Counted from the stretch's first letter, positions 9,436-19,678 are shown. The stretch: 64,000 nt of DNA from Candidatus Altimarinota bacterium (GCA_039809385.1 JBDHUY010000004.1:71298-135297), one strand, 5' to 3'. Notes: generated from the letters alone by a model not told the origin. Numbers and translations: made by a program.

Positions 9436-10170
9436 ATGAAAAACAAGAAAACACTCCTTGTTTCACTTATTGTTCTCTCAGTCGCAGTCGTCGCAGGATA
9501 CTACTCCTATAACCAGCCGACAAAGGATCTCCAGGGAAAGATCATTCCGGTTCCGCCTATTTCGGTCGGGGATATAAACCCAAATCTGAATATCCGGTTT
9601 ACGGATAATAGCAATTATACTCCTCCTCTTTCGAACAACAACCGGAACGGGAATCCCAACAGCAACAACACGCTCGTGAACAACAACCGAAACGGGAATC
9701 CCAATGGCAACAATACGCTTGTGAACAGTAACCGGAACGGGAATCCCAACAGCAACAACACGCTCGTGAATAATAACCGGAACGGGAATCCCAACAGCAA
9801 CAACACGCTCGTGAACAATAACCGGAACGGTAATCCCAACGGGAACAACACACTCGTGAACAGTAACCGGAACGGGAATTCCAACAGCAACAACACGCTC
9901 GTGAACAACAACCGGAACGGGAATCCCAACAGCAACAACACGCTCGTGAACAACAACCGAAACGGGAATCCCAACAGCAACAATACGCTTGTGAACAGTA
10001 ACCGGAACGGGAATCCCAACAGCAACAACACGCTCGTGAACAACAACCGAAACGGGAATCCCAACAGCAACAATACGCTTGTGAACAGTAACCGGAACGG
10101 GAATCCCAACAGCAACAACACACTCGTAAACAACAACCGGAATGGGAACTTTCCCAAGCTTGTGCGTTAG
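9436..10170 (+). CDS. Membrane-anchored/secreted Asn-rich tandem-repeat protein
   Basis: N-terminal TM/signal helix followed by 11.5 copies of N[NS]NRNGN[PS]N[SG]NNTLV. Confidence 0.8.
   Translation: MKNKKTLLVSLIVLSVAVVAGYYSYNQPTKDLQGKIIPVPPISVGDINPNLNIRFTDNSNYTPPLSNNNRNGNPNSNNTLVNNNRNGNPNGNNTLVNSNRNGNPNSNNTLVNNNRNGNPNSNNTLVNNNRNGNPNGNNTLVNSNRNGNSNSNNTLVNNNRNGNPNSNNTLVNNNRNGNPNSNNTLVNSNRNGNPNSNNTLVNNNRNGNPNSNNTLVNSNRNGNPNSNNTLVNNNRNGNFPKLVR
9634..10149 (+). repeat. 45-bp coding tandem repeat, 11 full copies plus a partial
   Basis: Consensus AACAACAACCGGAACGGGAATCCCAACAGCAACAACACGCTCGTG read directly. Confidence 0.97.
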
Positions 10171-10320
10171 TTGATTCGCAGATTGCGAGCCAGTTTGAAA
10201 CCTGCTGCACACGGTCAGAACAGAGCATGAGGCGGTTATGAACGGTAGTCACCTTATTCCTCTCGTTCCATGTTGTATCCGCCACAGTAAAACTTCATTG
10301 TTCGGTACTTGCCCTCTAGT

Positions 10321-10680
10321 ATGCCCACCTCCGAAAAAAACTTCGCCACCATCGACGCATACATCGCGACCTTTTCCGCTCCCGTTCAATTGATCCTCGA
10401 AAAGATCCGTAGCATTATCAAACAGGTCGCGCCGCATGCTCGGGAAACTATCAGCTACCAGATTGCCGCTTTTACGCTCGATGATCGCTATCTAGTCTAT
10501 CTTGCTGCCTGGAAAAACCATATCTCGCTCTATCCCATTCCGGTTGGCAACAGCGCTTTCCAAAAAGAGATTGCACCCTACCTTCACGGCAAAGGCACGG
10601 TGCGCTTTTCCTTTGACCAGGCGATACCATACGACCTCATCAAAAAAATCGTGCAGTATCTTCTCGACGGCCACCAGTAA
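10321..10680 (+). CDS. DUF1801 (YdhG-like) domain protein
   Basis: IDAYIA, ETISYQIAAF, HISLYP and KGTVRF motifs. Confidence 0.85.
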   Translation: MPTSEKNFATIDAYIATFSAPVQLILEKIRSIIKQVAPHARETISYQIAAFTLDDRYLVYLAAWKNHISLYPIPVGNSAFQKEIAPYLHGKGTVRFSFDQAIPYDLIKKIVQYLLDGHQ

Positions 10681-10719
10681 AGGGCAAAAAAGTATCAAAA
10701 AGCTTCCTAATGCTTTCTC

Positions 10720-10782
10720 GTCATTGAGGGGGAAGCAACTACGTATCTTGAAAGTAACAAGCTTGCTGGACGAAGCGATCCC
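10720..10782 (+). repeat. Degenerate half-copy of the GTCATTGCGAGG REP/MITE-like element
   Basis: gtcattgagggggaagc...cttgaaagtaac...gacgaagcgatccc aligns with 28083-28144 and with the reverse complement of 61100-61161. Confidence 0.7.
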
Positions 10783-11171
10783 TTACTTATTTGCTACATC
10801 AGTTAGAAATTGTTTTATCCTCAGCTCTTTTATTGCATTCCTCTTCGTCTCCCATAGAAAACTTTCCCGAACAAAGTCCCGATATTCAGGATTTTACCAC
10901 CACTCTCAATGACATTCTGCTCTTTGCCGATTTTGGCCAGTTGATGGATGAAGAGGCGGTTACTTTGATCGAAAAGACATTGTTTGAATTCTCCCAGCAT
11001 CGGCATTTCGCGCTTCTGTTTGACCGACTTGATCCCGAGAGCTATCATTCCACGACCAACTGCTTTCACCCCGAGCCAAGACACGCTTGAGAGGTGCCCT
11101 CGATAGATTAACAAACCGATTGCAGTCGACTGACTAGCTTTTCCCAAATTTATCCGGTAATTCTTCTTTCT

Positions 11172-11747
11172 ATGGGCAAAATATCCGTATTCAACCACGT
11201 CTCTGTCGACGGTTTCTTTGCCGGTACCAACGGCGAGATCGACTGGTTCAAAGCCATCACTCCCGACGACGAATGGTACCAGTATACCCACACGCAGGCC
11301 GATACCGATTCGACTCTCCTCTTTGGCCGTACTACCTATGAAATGATGAAGAGCTTCTGGCCTACCCAGGCAGCACGCGACATGGACCCCGGCATGGCCC
11401 ATTCGGTCAATCACAGCCCCAAAATCGTTTTTTCCACCACGCTTACTGAGGTCGAGGAAAGTGACAACTGGCAAAATATCCGTCATTTTCAAGCAATCGA
11501 TCCCGTACAACTACGACAACTCAAGCAAACCGAAGAGATCACCATCCTGGGCAGCGGCTCGATCATCCGGCAGCTGGCGACGCTCGGTCTCATCGACCAC
11601 TACACGCTGGTCGTAGTACCGGTGGTACTGGGCAAAGGCAAATCGTTGTTCGAGGATCTTCCCCTTACCCATCTTTCTTTGGCCGAAGCGCGTACGTTTA
11701 AAAACGGCCTTACGCTGCTTGAGTATGATCCCGTGAAGGATTCATAG
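11172..11747 (+). CDS. Dihydrofolate reductase family (RibD C-terminal domain) protein
   Basis: SVDGF, LFGRTTY, GSGS, LIDHY and PVVLGKGK motifs. Confidence 0.9.
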   Translation: MGKISVFNHVSVDGFFAGTNGEIDWFKAITPDDEWYQYTHTQADTDSTLLFGRTTYEMMKSFWPTQAARDMDPGMAHSVNHSPKIVFSTTLTEVEESDNWQNIRHFQAIDPVQLRQLKQTEEITILGSGSIIRQLATLGLIDHYTLVVVPVVLGKGKSLFEDLPLTHLSLAEARTFKNGLTLLEYDPVKDS

Positions 11748-11797
11748 ATGTCTCGAACTTCACTCGAAGACTATCATCCCTTTTGACACTTGCATAT

Positions 11798-12517
11798 ATG
11801 TCGAAACTCTATAACGATCTGGCCGCAGAGTGGTATCCGCTGCTGACGCCGCTGTCAGAATATCGCGAAGAAGCCGACTTATATCACCGTATTTTCAACG
11901 ATACGGCTGTCCCGATTCAGACCATGCTCGAACTGGGCAGTGGAGCCGGACACAATGCTTATTACCTCAAACAGTGGTATACGATGACCCTGACCGATCT
12001 TTCTGACCAGATGCTTTCGATCAGTCGAAAACTCAATCCCGCTTGTGTTCATCACCAAGGAGACATGCGCTCGCTCCGACTTGCCCACACGTTTGACGCG
12101 GTCTTTATCCACGATGCCATTATGTATATGACCTCTCTGGAAGATCTACAAAAAGTCTTGGAGACCGCTTTTGTCCACCTGAAACCCGGTGGCGTGGTTC
12201 TGGTTACTCCGGATTTTGTAAGAGAAACCTTTCGGGAAAACACCGACCAGGGGGGCGAAGATGGCGAAACCCGCTCGCTGCGGTATCTCGAATGGATGAG
12301 CGATCCCGATCCAACGGACAATACAGTGACGGTCGATTATATCTATGCGCTCAAAGTTCCCGACGGACATATCACGACCGAGCAGGATCGTTTCCTGGAA
12401 GGCTTGTTTAGCACTAGCCAGTGGCTCGAATTGCTGCGCTTGGTCGGCTTTACCCCTCAGGCTTTGGAAGATCCTCAATTTGACCGGATCAACTTTGTCG
12501 GCAAAAAGCCAGCGTGA
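11798..12517 (+). CDS. Class I SAM-dependent methyltransferase
   Basis: LELGSGAG, DLS, GDMR and HLKPGG motifs. Confidence 0.9.
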   Translation: MSKLYNDLAAEWYPLLTPLSEYREEADLYHRIFNDTAVPIQTMLELGSGAGHNAYYLKQWYTMTLTDLSDQMLSISRKLNPACVHHQGDMRSLRLAHTFDAVFIHDAIMYMTSLEDLQKVLETAFVHLKPGGVVLVTPDFVRETFRENTDQGGEDGETRSLRYLEWMSDPDPTDNTVTVDYIYALKVPDGHITTEQDRFLEGLFSTSQWLELLRLVGFTPQALEDPQFDRINFVGKKPA

Positions 12518-12548
12518 TCGAGGCTTGTTGAAAGAAGAACCAAGCTTT

Positions 12549-12707
12549 TGCTGGAGCAATCGTGTCGATTGCTTCTGTTGTTTCTCGTAGCGCTTATAGG
12601 TATTTTTGAACGTACCGGAAACAATGTTTCGTAATCTTTTGGATGTATTTTCTGATCAAAGAGGTTCTGAGAAATGTTAAGGAGCAGACTGAAAGACTCC
12701 TCCAGCA
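12549..12707. mobile_element. About 160-bp MITE-like element with terminal inverted repeats (TGCTGGAG...CTCCAGCA)
   Basis: Same left end (gctggagcaatcg-N2-cgattgcttc) and related right end at 27473-27633; partial copies at 28973-29000 and from 61191. Confidence 0.65.
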
Positions 12708-12874
12708 TTCAGGTATTTCAGAATTCGGAATCTAATGAAAAAGGCCGGTTGACCTTTTCAAAAAATGTAAACGATAGTATACTTTGACGCGATCAAACCT
12801 GCAGATAGTAGTTTAAGGCTTTGTCTTAATAATAAAAAAACTTGATTTGTGAAGAATTGTTCTATGATTTTGTA

Positions 12875-12913
12875 TCGCTAATCGCTAATCGCTTATCGCT
12901 GACCGCTAATCGC
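12875..12913 (+). repeat. Short heptamer run (TCGCTAA-like, about 5 units)
   Basis: tcgctaa tcgctaa tcgctta tcgctga ccgctaa tcgc. Confidence 0.8.
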
Positions 12914-12963
12914 CTCTTTGTTTTACAAAATACATCTTTTTCAGCCTTATAGTGTTTCCCATT

Positions 12964-14424
12964 ATGTCATCTTCTCACAAAATCTTTGAGGTCGCGATCA
13001 TTGGTACTGGTTTCGGCGGTTTGTGCATGGCCATTCAGCTCAAAAAAACCGGTCAAAACGATTTTATCGTCTTTGAAAAAGGTACGACGGTCGGCGGTAC
13101 CTGGCGCGACAATACCTATCCCGGCGCGGCCTGCGACGTGAAGTCGCATCTCTACTCTTTTTCGTTCGAACCTAAGGCCGACTGGTCGCATAAATATGCC
13201 CGCCAGCCCGAAATCCTGGACTATTTGGAGCACTGTGCCCGTAAGTATGAGTTGAATACTCATATTCGATTCAACACCGAGATTGCGCGGGCGGTGTTTG
13301 ACGAAGCGGCCGGATCCTGGAATTTGCATACCGCTGCCGGAGAAATAGTTACCGCGCGGATGGTGGTATTTGCTTGCGGACAGCTGAACCGCCCGCTTAT
13401 TCCTCAAATACCGGGGCTGGATCTCTATAAGGGAACGCGCTTTCATTCGGCGCGCTGGGATCACTCGTTCGACTACGCGCATAAAAAGATCGCCGTGATC
13501 GGGACCGGCGCCAGCGCGATCCAGTTCGTGCCGGAATTGGTCAAAAAAGCGGCGCAAGTCTTCCTGTTTCAGCGCTCGGCGGCCTGGGTCATCCCTAAAA
13601 ACGATCGCCCCTATACCCCGTTTGAAAAAAAGCTCTTTGCCCATTTCGGCTGGATCCGCAAACTCTATCGCAGTTGGATTTACTGGAGTAGCGAGATCCG
13701 GTTTCTGGCGCTGAACCCCAACAGCCCGATTCATCGGGGGTTAACTCGCTTGGGGTTAAAGCATATTCGTGAGCATGTGTCCGATCCGGTCTTGCGGCAA
13801 AAGCTTACGCCCGATTATCCGGCCGGGTGTAAACGGATTCTTATTTCGAACAATTACTATCAGGCGCTGGCCCAGCCGCATGTTCAGCTACTTACCGGCC
13901 AGATCGATTCGGTGACCGAACGCGGGGTGGTAATGGGAGGACGTGAGTATGAAGCCGATGCCATTATCTACGGTACGGGATTTCAGAGTACCGGTTTTCT
14001 GTCGCCTATCCGGATTACCGGCCGCCAAGGAGTGGATTTGAACGAAGCGTGGACTCAGGGAGCCGAGGCGTATCTGGGTATCACGCTGGCCGGTTTCCCG
14101 AACTTTTTCATGCTCTACGGTCCCAATACGAATCTGTCGCACAATTCGATCGTTTTTATGATCGAAGCCCAGGTGCGCCATATTCTCCGCTGTATGAGTG
14201 CCGTGAAAGAGCGCCAAAAACAGACTATTGAGCCAAAGCGTGAGGTTCAGGCAAGTTATAATCGAATACTCCAGGATTCCCTCAAAAACGCGATCTGGTC
14301 GGTCGGCTGCCGCAACTGGTATATCGATAAGGGCGGGAAAAATACGAACAACTGGTCGGGTTTCAGTTTTTCGTATCGGAGAATGACGAGAAAAACAGGT
14401 ATCGAGAAGTATGTCCTGGCCTAG
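12964..14424 (+). CDS. Flavin-containing monooxygenase (Baeyer-Villiger type)
   Basis: GTGFGG, GGTWRDNTYPG, BVMO fingerprint GTRFHSARWD, GTGASAIQ. Confidence 0.93.
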   Translation: MSSSHKIFEVAIIGTGFGGLCMAIQLKKTGQNDFIVFEKGTTVGGTWRDNTYPGAACDVKSHLYSFSFEPKADWSHKYARQPEILDYLEHCARKYELNTHIRFNTEIARAVFDEAAGSWNLHTAAGEIVTARMVVFACGQLNRPLIPQIPGLDLYKGTRFHSARWDHSFDYAHKKIAVIGTGASAIQFVPELVKKAAQVFLFQRSAAWVIPKNDRPYTPFEKKLFAHFGWIRKLYRSWIYWSSEIRFLALNPNSPIHRGLTRLGLKHIREHVSDPVLRQKLTPDYPAGCKRILISNNYYQALAQPHVQLLTGQIDSVTERGVVMGGREYEADAIIYGTGFQSTGFLSPIRITGRQGVDLNEAWTQGAEAYLGITLAGFPNFFMLYGPNTNLSHNSIVFMIEAQVRHILRCMSAVKERQKQTIEPKREVQASYNRILQDSLKNAIWSVGCRNWYIDKGGKNTNNWSGFSFSYRRMTRKTGIEKYVLA

Positions 14425-14683
14425 ATTGCTCAGACTGCTACTGGCTCTACACAGATTATTGTTTGTGACAGAAAGTACTGTCATTGTTGAAGCTAATACA
14501 GAAGCTGCCTTTTTGTTAAATAAATTTTGATAGCTAAATAAATTTGACAGTACTCTGTAAAGTCGTATAGTAGGATCTTCGGTTTCTGCCAGTTTATTAA
14601 TTTCGTAACGCCAATTATTCTTTTTCCGCCACCGCATTCTATCGGAGGGCGGAAAAAATGAATCGGTATCAAAAACGTATAGT

Positions 14684-15268
14684 ATGCAAAATACACCTTC
14701 GTCCGATTATTCCGAGACTCTGGAACGATTACCCGAAAATTTCCAGGCTGACTGGGAAAGTCTGATTCGAGCTTCCGAACAGGCGCGTGAACGAAAAGTC
14801 AAACAGCTTCCTTCTATACAAACCGGCAGCGGAGAAGTATTTGAGCAATCCTTATTTGCCGAAGCAACCCCCGAATTTCGAACGATACGGGTGGGGGCAA
14901 TACTCGAGGCTCCTGATTACACAGTCGCTTACTATTGCCGCTGTTTCAGCGGCTATCCCGCGGCTTATGGCGACATCATAGTAGCCGAACCGCATGTTGA
15001 TATAAAAGGAAAAGGAAGAAATATATCTCTCCCTGCCGATAAAAGCGGCCCCTTGGCTATGGAATTGAGTTCGAAATACGACACATATATTGTCCAAGCT
15101 GTTGCGAATGTGCTAGGTCAAAAAGTACTGCACACGATCGAAGTGGGGTATGAAGATAGTCCGCGCAAAAAGTCGTATCTCGAGCACGGATATGCTGTGA
15201 GAAGCGGATATCCGCAGGTGGTTGACAGAATATTTGAGCCGGTAAATAAAAATGGGACTCAAGTATAA
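14684..15268 (+). CDS. Hypothetical protein
   Basis: 194-aa ORF filling the gap; no recognised motif. Confidence 0.6.
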   Translation: MQNTPSSDYSETLERLPENFQADWESLIRASEQARERKVKQLPSIQTGSGEVFEQSLFAEATPEFRTIRVGAILEAPDYTVAYYCRCFSGYPAAYGDIIVAEPHVDIKGKGRNISLPADKSGPLAMELSSKYDTYIVQAVANVLGQKVLHTIEVGYEDSPRKKSYLEHGYAVRSGYPQVVDRIFEPVNKNGTQV

Positions 15269-15301
15269 AAAAAGATCAGACTCTCTGTTCATCCTAAGGG
15301 T

Positions 15302-15631
15302 TTATTTTTTCTTCTTCCCGGATTTTTGGGGCGGTGCAGCTTGTGTTTCCAATACCACTTCCAGCGCGCCCTCTCCGCCGCGATCCCTTCTGGCATCCAC
15401 GAAACTTCGTACTTCTTCCATCTTTGATAACATCGTTTCGATAAGCGGTTTTAGTACCGCTTTTTTGTCAGCCGAATGAATGCCTTTGCCCGTAATGATG
15501 AGGACTCTCTGCAAACCCTTCCGTATCGCCTCCTGAATAAAGTTTCGGCATGCTGTCACAGCTTCTTCCTTGCTATGTTCGTGCAGGTCCAGTTCGGCTT
15601 GGGGGGCGGCAAGCGCGGCGTATTTATTCAT
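15302..15631 (-). CDS. Stand-alone Smr/MutS2 domain protein
   Basis: LDLH, IITGKG.HS and GGEGA motifs. Confidence 0.92.
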   Translation of the reverse strand: MNKYAALAAPQAELDLHEHSKEEAVTACRNFIQEAIRKGLQRVLIITGKGIHSADKKAVLKPLIETMLSKMEEVRSFVDARRDRGGEGALEVVLETQAAPPQKSGKKKK

Positions 15632-15647
15632 GACATCAAGATAGCGG

Positions 15648-18600
15648 CTATATCGTTAACTTTATACTTTTGATATGGGTGCCATTCAAAAAAAGAAGTC
15701 GCTGTTCAACCGAGTCAATCATTTGAAGAAGTTTTGAAAATTGCTGAATGATTTTTCTGACAGACGCGTCGATCCGAGGACTGCTGTTATTTTTATAGGA
15801 TTGCAATTTTCCAAGGTGTTCGAGATAGGTCGTTATCTCCCGTTCCAGATCAATTTTCATACGCCGAGCTTCATCATCTTTTCCTACAGAGATAAGTTCC
15901 GATATCTGCATATGAATAATTTCTACCACACTCCGGGGACCTTTGACAATCTCCTGATCATTTATGCCGGTTTTTGCTCGCAGGATCCTCCGGCTACGAT
16001 CTTCATAGGTTATCAGTTTCTGTTGTAATTGATCCACATCATGAATATCCAAAATGAGATGGTCCCCTTTGGTAAGAGTATACCCTACCTGGAAACCCCG
16101 TCGTAGAACAAAATCAAATTGTTGGCTGATTTTTTCAAAAGAATCGCGAGAATCAGTATAATTCTTTGCGGTCTGTATAAATAAATCGGTAAATTTCCTT
16201 TTGAGGAGATCTGCTGTATGGGTATTGCTCCAGTCTACCAGAGTGTAATCATCCCGGCGGTTTACCGAGCGTACTTCCACATCTTCAATCTGGAACTTAA
16301 CAACAGCCCATTGGTTGTTCGCTGCAAAACCCTTTTTCAGTGTTTCCTCAGCTCGGCGGCTGGATGAATAGATACGTGTTCCGATGCCGCCCCTGCCCAG
16401 TCCGAAAAATTTTTTACTATCGTCTCGAAATTCTAGGATGCGACGACGAATATCGGCGTCTTCTCCCACGGTACAGCGGGCATCAAATCCGCCCATACCG
16501 GCATAGCTGGAAGCGCGCATGGCGCCGTTGGCTCCGGGAAAACCGCAACGACCGTGTATCGCCTCATATAAACAAAAAAGCAGCCATATCTTGGTTGACA
16601 GCAGCAACCAGGGATTACGGATAAATGATTCCACATCATAATCCAGATAGCCTTCAAAGGCATCGGTATTGGGGTGTTCTTGAAATTTTTTCAGGAATGT
16701 GGTGATATAGTGCCGGTCTACTCCATGATTGTCGGCATCGTTGTTGATCAGGATAAGATCACTTGCCTGTTTGCCCCGTTGATGGTGGCGGTAGAGTACG
16801 GTATCGTGTAGTAGTTTGCGAATCCAGCCGATGCTTAGGTGCTCGCGGGGGAATGTTGCATAGATATACCGGAAATTTATTTCAGGGTGGTCCTTCTGAA
16901 ATTTTTCGAATGCCAGGATACTCTCGTGATCCAGACCGGTAGACTGACCGTCTTTGTTATGTGTCGGATGGTTGAGAAAGGCGACTATTTCAAATGTACT
17001 AGCCTTAGCTGTTTGCGCGGTATAATGGTAGAGAGAATTGTCTAGATCGGGTTCTTGGAAGCCGGCTACCGGGATACAGATGGAAGCCTGGATAGACTCC
17101 TCCATCGGTTCAATCTGACTGGCAAGTTCGACAATCATCTGTTGATACTCCTTGGTATGTTGTTTGAAGTATTCTTGCACTGTATTATAGGAATCGAACT
17201 TCGTATCGGGATCGTGTGATTCTTTGATAGCGTCAATTATATTTCCTTTGGTAAAAATCTCTTCTCTCCAGTCGAGATCGATGCGTGTGCATGGTTGATT
17301 CTCAACATCAGCTTTCTCCACAGGGGTAAACAGAGGGGCAAAGGCATACCCATTTTCTTCCAACTGTTTACGCTGGAGTCCATTAAAGATGGCTTTTTGC
17401 AGACCTGAAATGACGACTTCTTTGTAGTTTTTTGATAGACTTCCAAGAACTCCCCTGGTCTGTTCTCGCACATTCCGGACCAGTTCTTCGCTCACATTAT
17501 TTTTCCAGGTCTGGCCGGTTTTTTTCTCGTACATATTAAGCGCTTTTCGAGGATACTCGATGAGTTTTCGGATCAGACGGGTATAGTCGAGGATATAAAT
17601 GAAAGGAACTTTCCTTCCTGTGTGATTGATTCTAAAATCCTCGATATAATCAATATGTAAGCGTGACAGAACCCTTTGTATGATTTTTCTACTTTGAGCA
17701 TCTCCTTGTAGAAGATCATAAAAACATAGTGTTTCATTGATGATACTTTCCAGTTCGTTTTTGAAACGCAGTCTGTCTTTTTTGCTCGAAAAGTCATACT
17801 GACAATGGTTAGTATTGTGGGGGTAGGAACGGATGAATTTACTGTCATAACTGATCGCTTTGTCATCGATAAACTGCATTACCGGAGCTAGTAACTGGTT
17901 CTCCAATGTATCGGCACCATGCCGGTTGGAGGTAAAGAGTTTGCTTTTTCCCCCCATATGTCTAATCGGAACAAGGGTAGGGGAGTCATTGCAGTATGTT
18001 CTTATTCGATCTGAAAGGATCGAATCTTCAAGCCTGGTGGCTTTTTCGTCATACCCGCCAACTTTCCAGTAAGCTTCCAGCCGATAGGCACAGTTCGCAC
18101 CTGAAAGCCCCAGTTTGCTTTTTTGCCCTTGTAAGTGTTCCAGATCGATATACTGAAACATCCTCGTCCCCACATGCAGCAGAGGATTTCTGATGTTTGA
18201 TTCGATATCAAAATCGATCTTTCCGCCAATCGCCTGAATTTCGGGGTGCTTTGTAAAGGTTTCTACATAATTTTGCAAAAGCTGATTCGACATACCGTGG
18301 TTGTCCGCGTCGGCCATGATAATGGAAAAATTGGGATCGTTGATGCCACGCCGCAAATAGCGTACCAGTGTAATATCTGCCAAAATTTTTCGAATGGCGC
18401 CCATTCGCAGCTTGTCAGGCGGCAAATATCCCATGATATGCTGAATGTTGATGTCCGGATAGGCGTATTGCAAGTGAGCCTTATCAAGGATATCTCCAAA
18501 ACAGTCGTTATCCCAATCCGGGTTAAATATGTCCACTTCATCGGGCGTCATCAGGTCCTGTGGATACTGTTTTAGATTAGAAAATAGGAGTATTTCCCAC

Positions 18601-18986
18601 TCTGCTGTTGGCAGGTTTTGAAATGAATAATTCTCAAGTGATGTATAAAGATAATTTTCCTGCTCCGCAGCGACCGGTATACAGATTACAGTTTTTATAC
18701 CGTCTTTCATCTCAGTAACGTGGTTGTCAGCATATGTTGTATCTAACAGGCCATTAAGGTATTCCAAATAGGCTCTACTATGAAGCTTTAGATAAGCTTC
18801 CGCACTCCTGGGGGCACGCGTTTTTTGCTCTTTGCGTAAAAGTTTATCCACAGGATTCTGTTTCTTTTTCTGCTGAAATGATTGGTTTTTCCACAACCAC
18901 GGTTGTTTGGACCAGCTTATCCCGGCGCCATAGTCAAACTCTGGATCTTCTGTGTGATACAAGGGACTTTTTGATGGGGCTTTCAT
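15648..18986 (-). CDS. Large protein with two tandem GT-A/GT2-like glycosyltransferase domains
   Basis: Internal duplication: ICIPVAAEQE/ICIPVAGFQE, DADNHG x2, GANCAYR..GGYD/GANGAMR..GGFD, ED x2, TSNRH/SSSRR. Confidence 0.7.
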   Translation of the reverse strand: MKAPSKSPLYHTEDPEFDYGAGISWSKQPWLWKNQSFQQKKKQNPVDKLLRKEQKTRAPRSAEAYLKLHSRAYLEYLNGLLDTTYADNHVTEMKDGIKTVICIPVAAEQENYLYTSLENYSFQNLPTAEWEILLFSNLKQYPQDLMTPDEVDIFNPDWDNDCFGDILDKAHLQYAYPDINIQHIMGYLPPDKLRMGAIRKILADITLVRYLRRGINDPNFSIIMADADNHGMSNQLLQNYVETFTKHPEIQAIGGKIDFDIESNIRNPLLHVGTRMFQYIDLEHLQGQKSKLGLSGANCAYRLEAYWKVGGYDEKATRLEDSILSDRIRTYCNDSPTLVPIRHMGGKSKLFTSNRHGADTLENQLLAPVMQFIDDKAISYDSKFIRSYPHNTNHCQYDFSSKKDRLRFKNELESIINETLCFYDLLQGDAQSRKIIQRVLSRLHIDYIEDFRINHTGRKVPFIYILDYTRLIRKLIEYPRKALNMYEKKTGQTWKNNVSEELVRNVREQTRGVLGSLSKNYKEVVISGLQKAIFNGLQRKQLEENGYAFAPLFTPVEKADVENQPCTRIDLDWREEIFTKGNIIDAIKESHDPDTKFDSYNTVQEYFKQHTKEYQQMIVELASQIEPMEESIQASICIPVAGFQEPDLDNSLYHYTAQTAKASTFEIVAFLNHPTHNKDGQSTGLDHESILAFEKFQKDHPEINFRYIYATFPREHLSIGWIRKLLHDTVLYRHHQRGKQASDLILINNDADNHGVDRHYITTFLKKFQEHPNTDAFEGYLDYDVESFIRNPWLLLSTKIWLLFCLYEAIHGRCGFPGANGAMRASSYAGMGGFDARCTVGEDADIRRRILEFRDDSKKFFGLGRGGIGTRIYSSSRRAEETLKKGFAANNQWAVVKFQIEDVEVRSVNRRDDYTLVDWSNTHTADLLKRKFTDLFIQTAKNYTDSRDSFEKISQQFDFVLRRGFQVGYTLTKGDHLILDIHDVDQLQQKLITYEDRSRRILRAKTGINDQEIVKGPRSVVEIIHMQISELISVGKDDEARRMKIDLEREITTYLEHLGKLQSYKNNSSPRIDASVRKIIQQFSKLLQMIDSVEQRLLFLNGTHIKSIKLTI

Positions 18987-19189
18987 AAATATGTCGGGCC
19001 GGACTGGGAAATAGAATGAAGAACAAATAATAATCAACAAAAAATGGTTGTCAATGTCCGAAAAAATGACATAAGGAAATTTTCGTCCATCATAATTGAG
19101 CCAGGTGTATAGGGCGTATTAGATTGTTGTCGGTGCCAAATCCTGATATGATGTTTTTCAGTTTCTTTACCCTTTCACCGCATTTTCCT

Positions 19190-19669
19190 ATGCAGCAAAA
19201 GATAACGCCTTTTTTGTGGTTCGATATGCAGGCCGAGGAAGCCGTGAACTTTTATGTGTCGTTGTTTCAGGATTCGAAAATAGTCAGTATCAAACGTTAT
19301 GGCAACGAAGTTCCGGGCATGGAGGGAAAAGTTCTCACTGCGGTCTTTGAACTCAACGGTCAGCAGTTTATGGCGCTCGACGGCGGACCGATGTTCAAAT
19401 TTACCGAGGCATTCTCGATGTTCGTCGATTGCGAGGATCAGGCCGAGGTCGATCGCTTATGGGAAAAACTCACCGCCGACGGGGGAGAGGAGTCGCAGTG
19501 TGGCTGGCTCAAGGATAAATACGGCCTGTCCTGGCAGATCATTCCCCGCGAGCTGATGCAGCTCATGAGCGATCCCGACCCCGCCAAAGCGGGACGGGTC
19601 ATGCAGTGCATGCTGCAGATGAGAAAGATCGATGTGGCGAAGTTAAGAGAAGCGTATGAACAGGACTAA
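19190..19669 (+). CDS. VOC family protein (PhnB/3-demethylubiquinone methyltransferase-like)
   Basis: KITPFLWF, ALDGGP and CGWLKDKYGLSWQI motifs. Confidence 0.92.
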   Translation: MQQKITPFLWFDMQAEEAVNFYVSLFQDSKIVSIKRYGNEVPGMEGKVLTAVFELNGQQFMALDGGPMFKFTEAFSMFVDCEDQAEVDRLWEKLTADGGEESQCGWLKDKYGLSWQIIPRELMQLMSDPDPAKAGRVMQCMLQMRKIDVAKLREAYEQD

Positions 19670-19678
19670 TGATTTTTT

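Noticed and set aside
9634-10149. AAC-rich repeat as a CRISPR array or DGR template repeat
   Set aside because: No unique spacers, no cas genes, no reverse transcriptase; differences between units are not confined to adenines
9478-10285. Three long antisense ORFs over the Asn repeat (Cys-rich, Val-rich, Leu-rich)
   Set aside because: Stop-free only because the 45-bp unit has no antisense stops; the + frame has a signal/TM start and synonymous variation
10791-11090. 99-aa + strand ORF
   Set aside because: TTG start directly after a repeat element and no recognisable motif; may be a remnant but unsupported
11106-11135. GATTAACAAACCGATTGCAGTCGAC resembles the left half of an integron attC site
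   Set aside because: No complementary right half with GTTRRRY, no other complete attC sites and no integrase in the window
14621-14667. Hairpin ttttccgcc...ggcggaaaa upstream of the 14684 gene
   Set aside because: No U-tract after the stem on either strand and no leader ORF or second copy found; function unsupported
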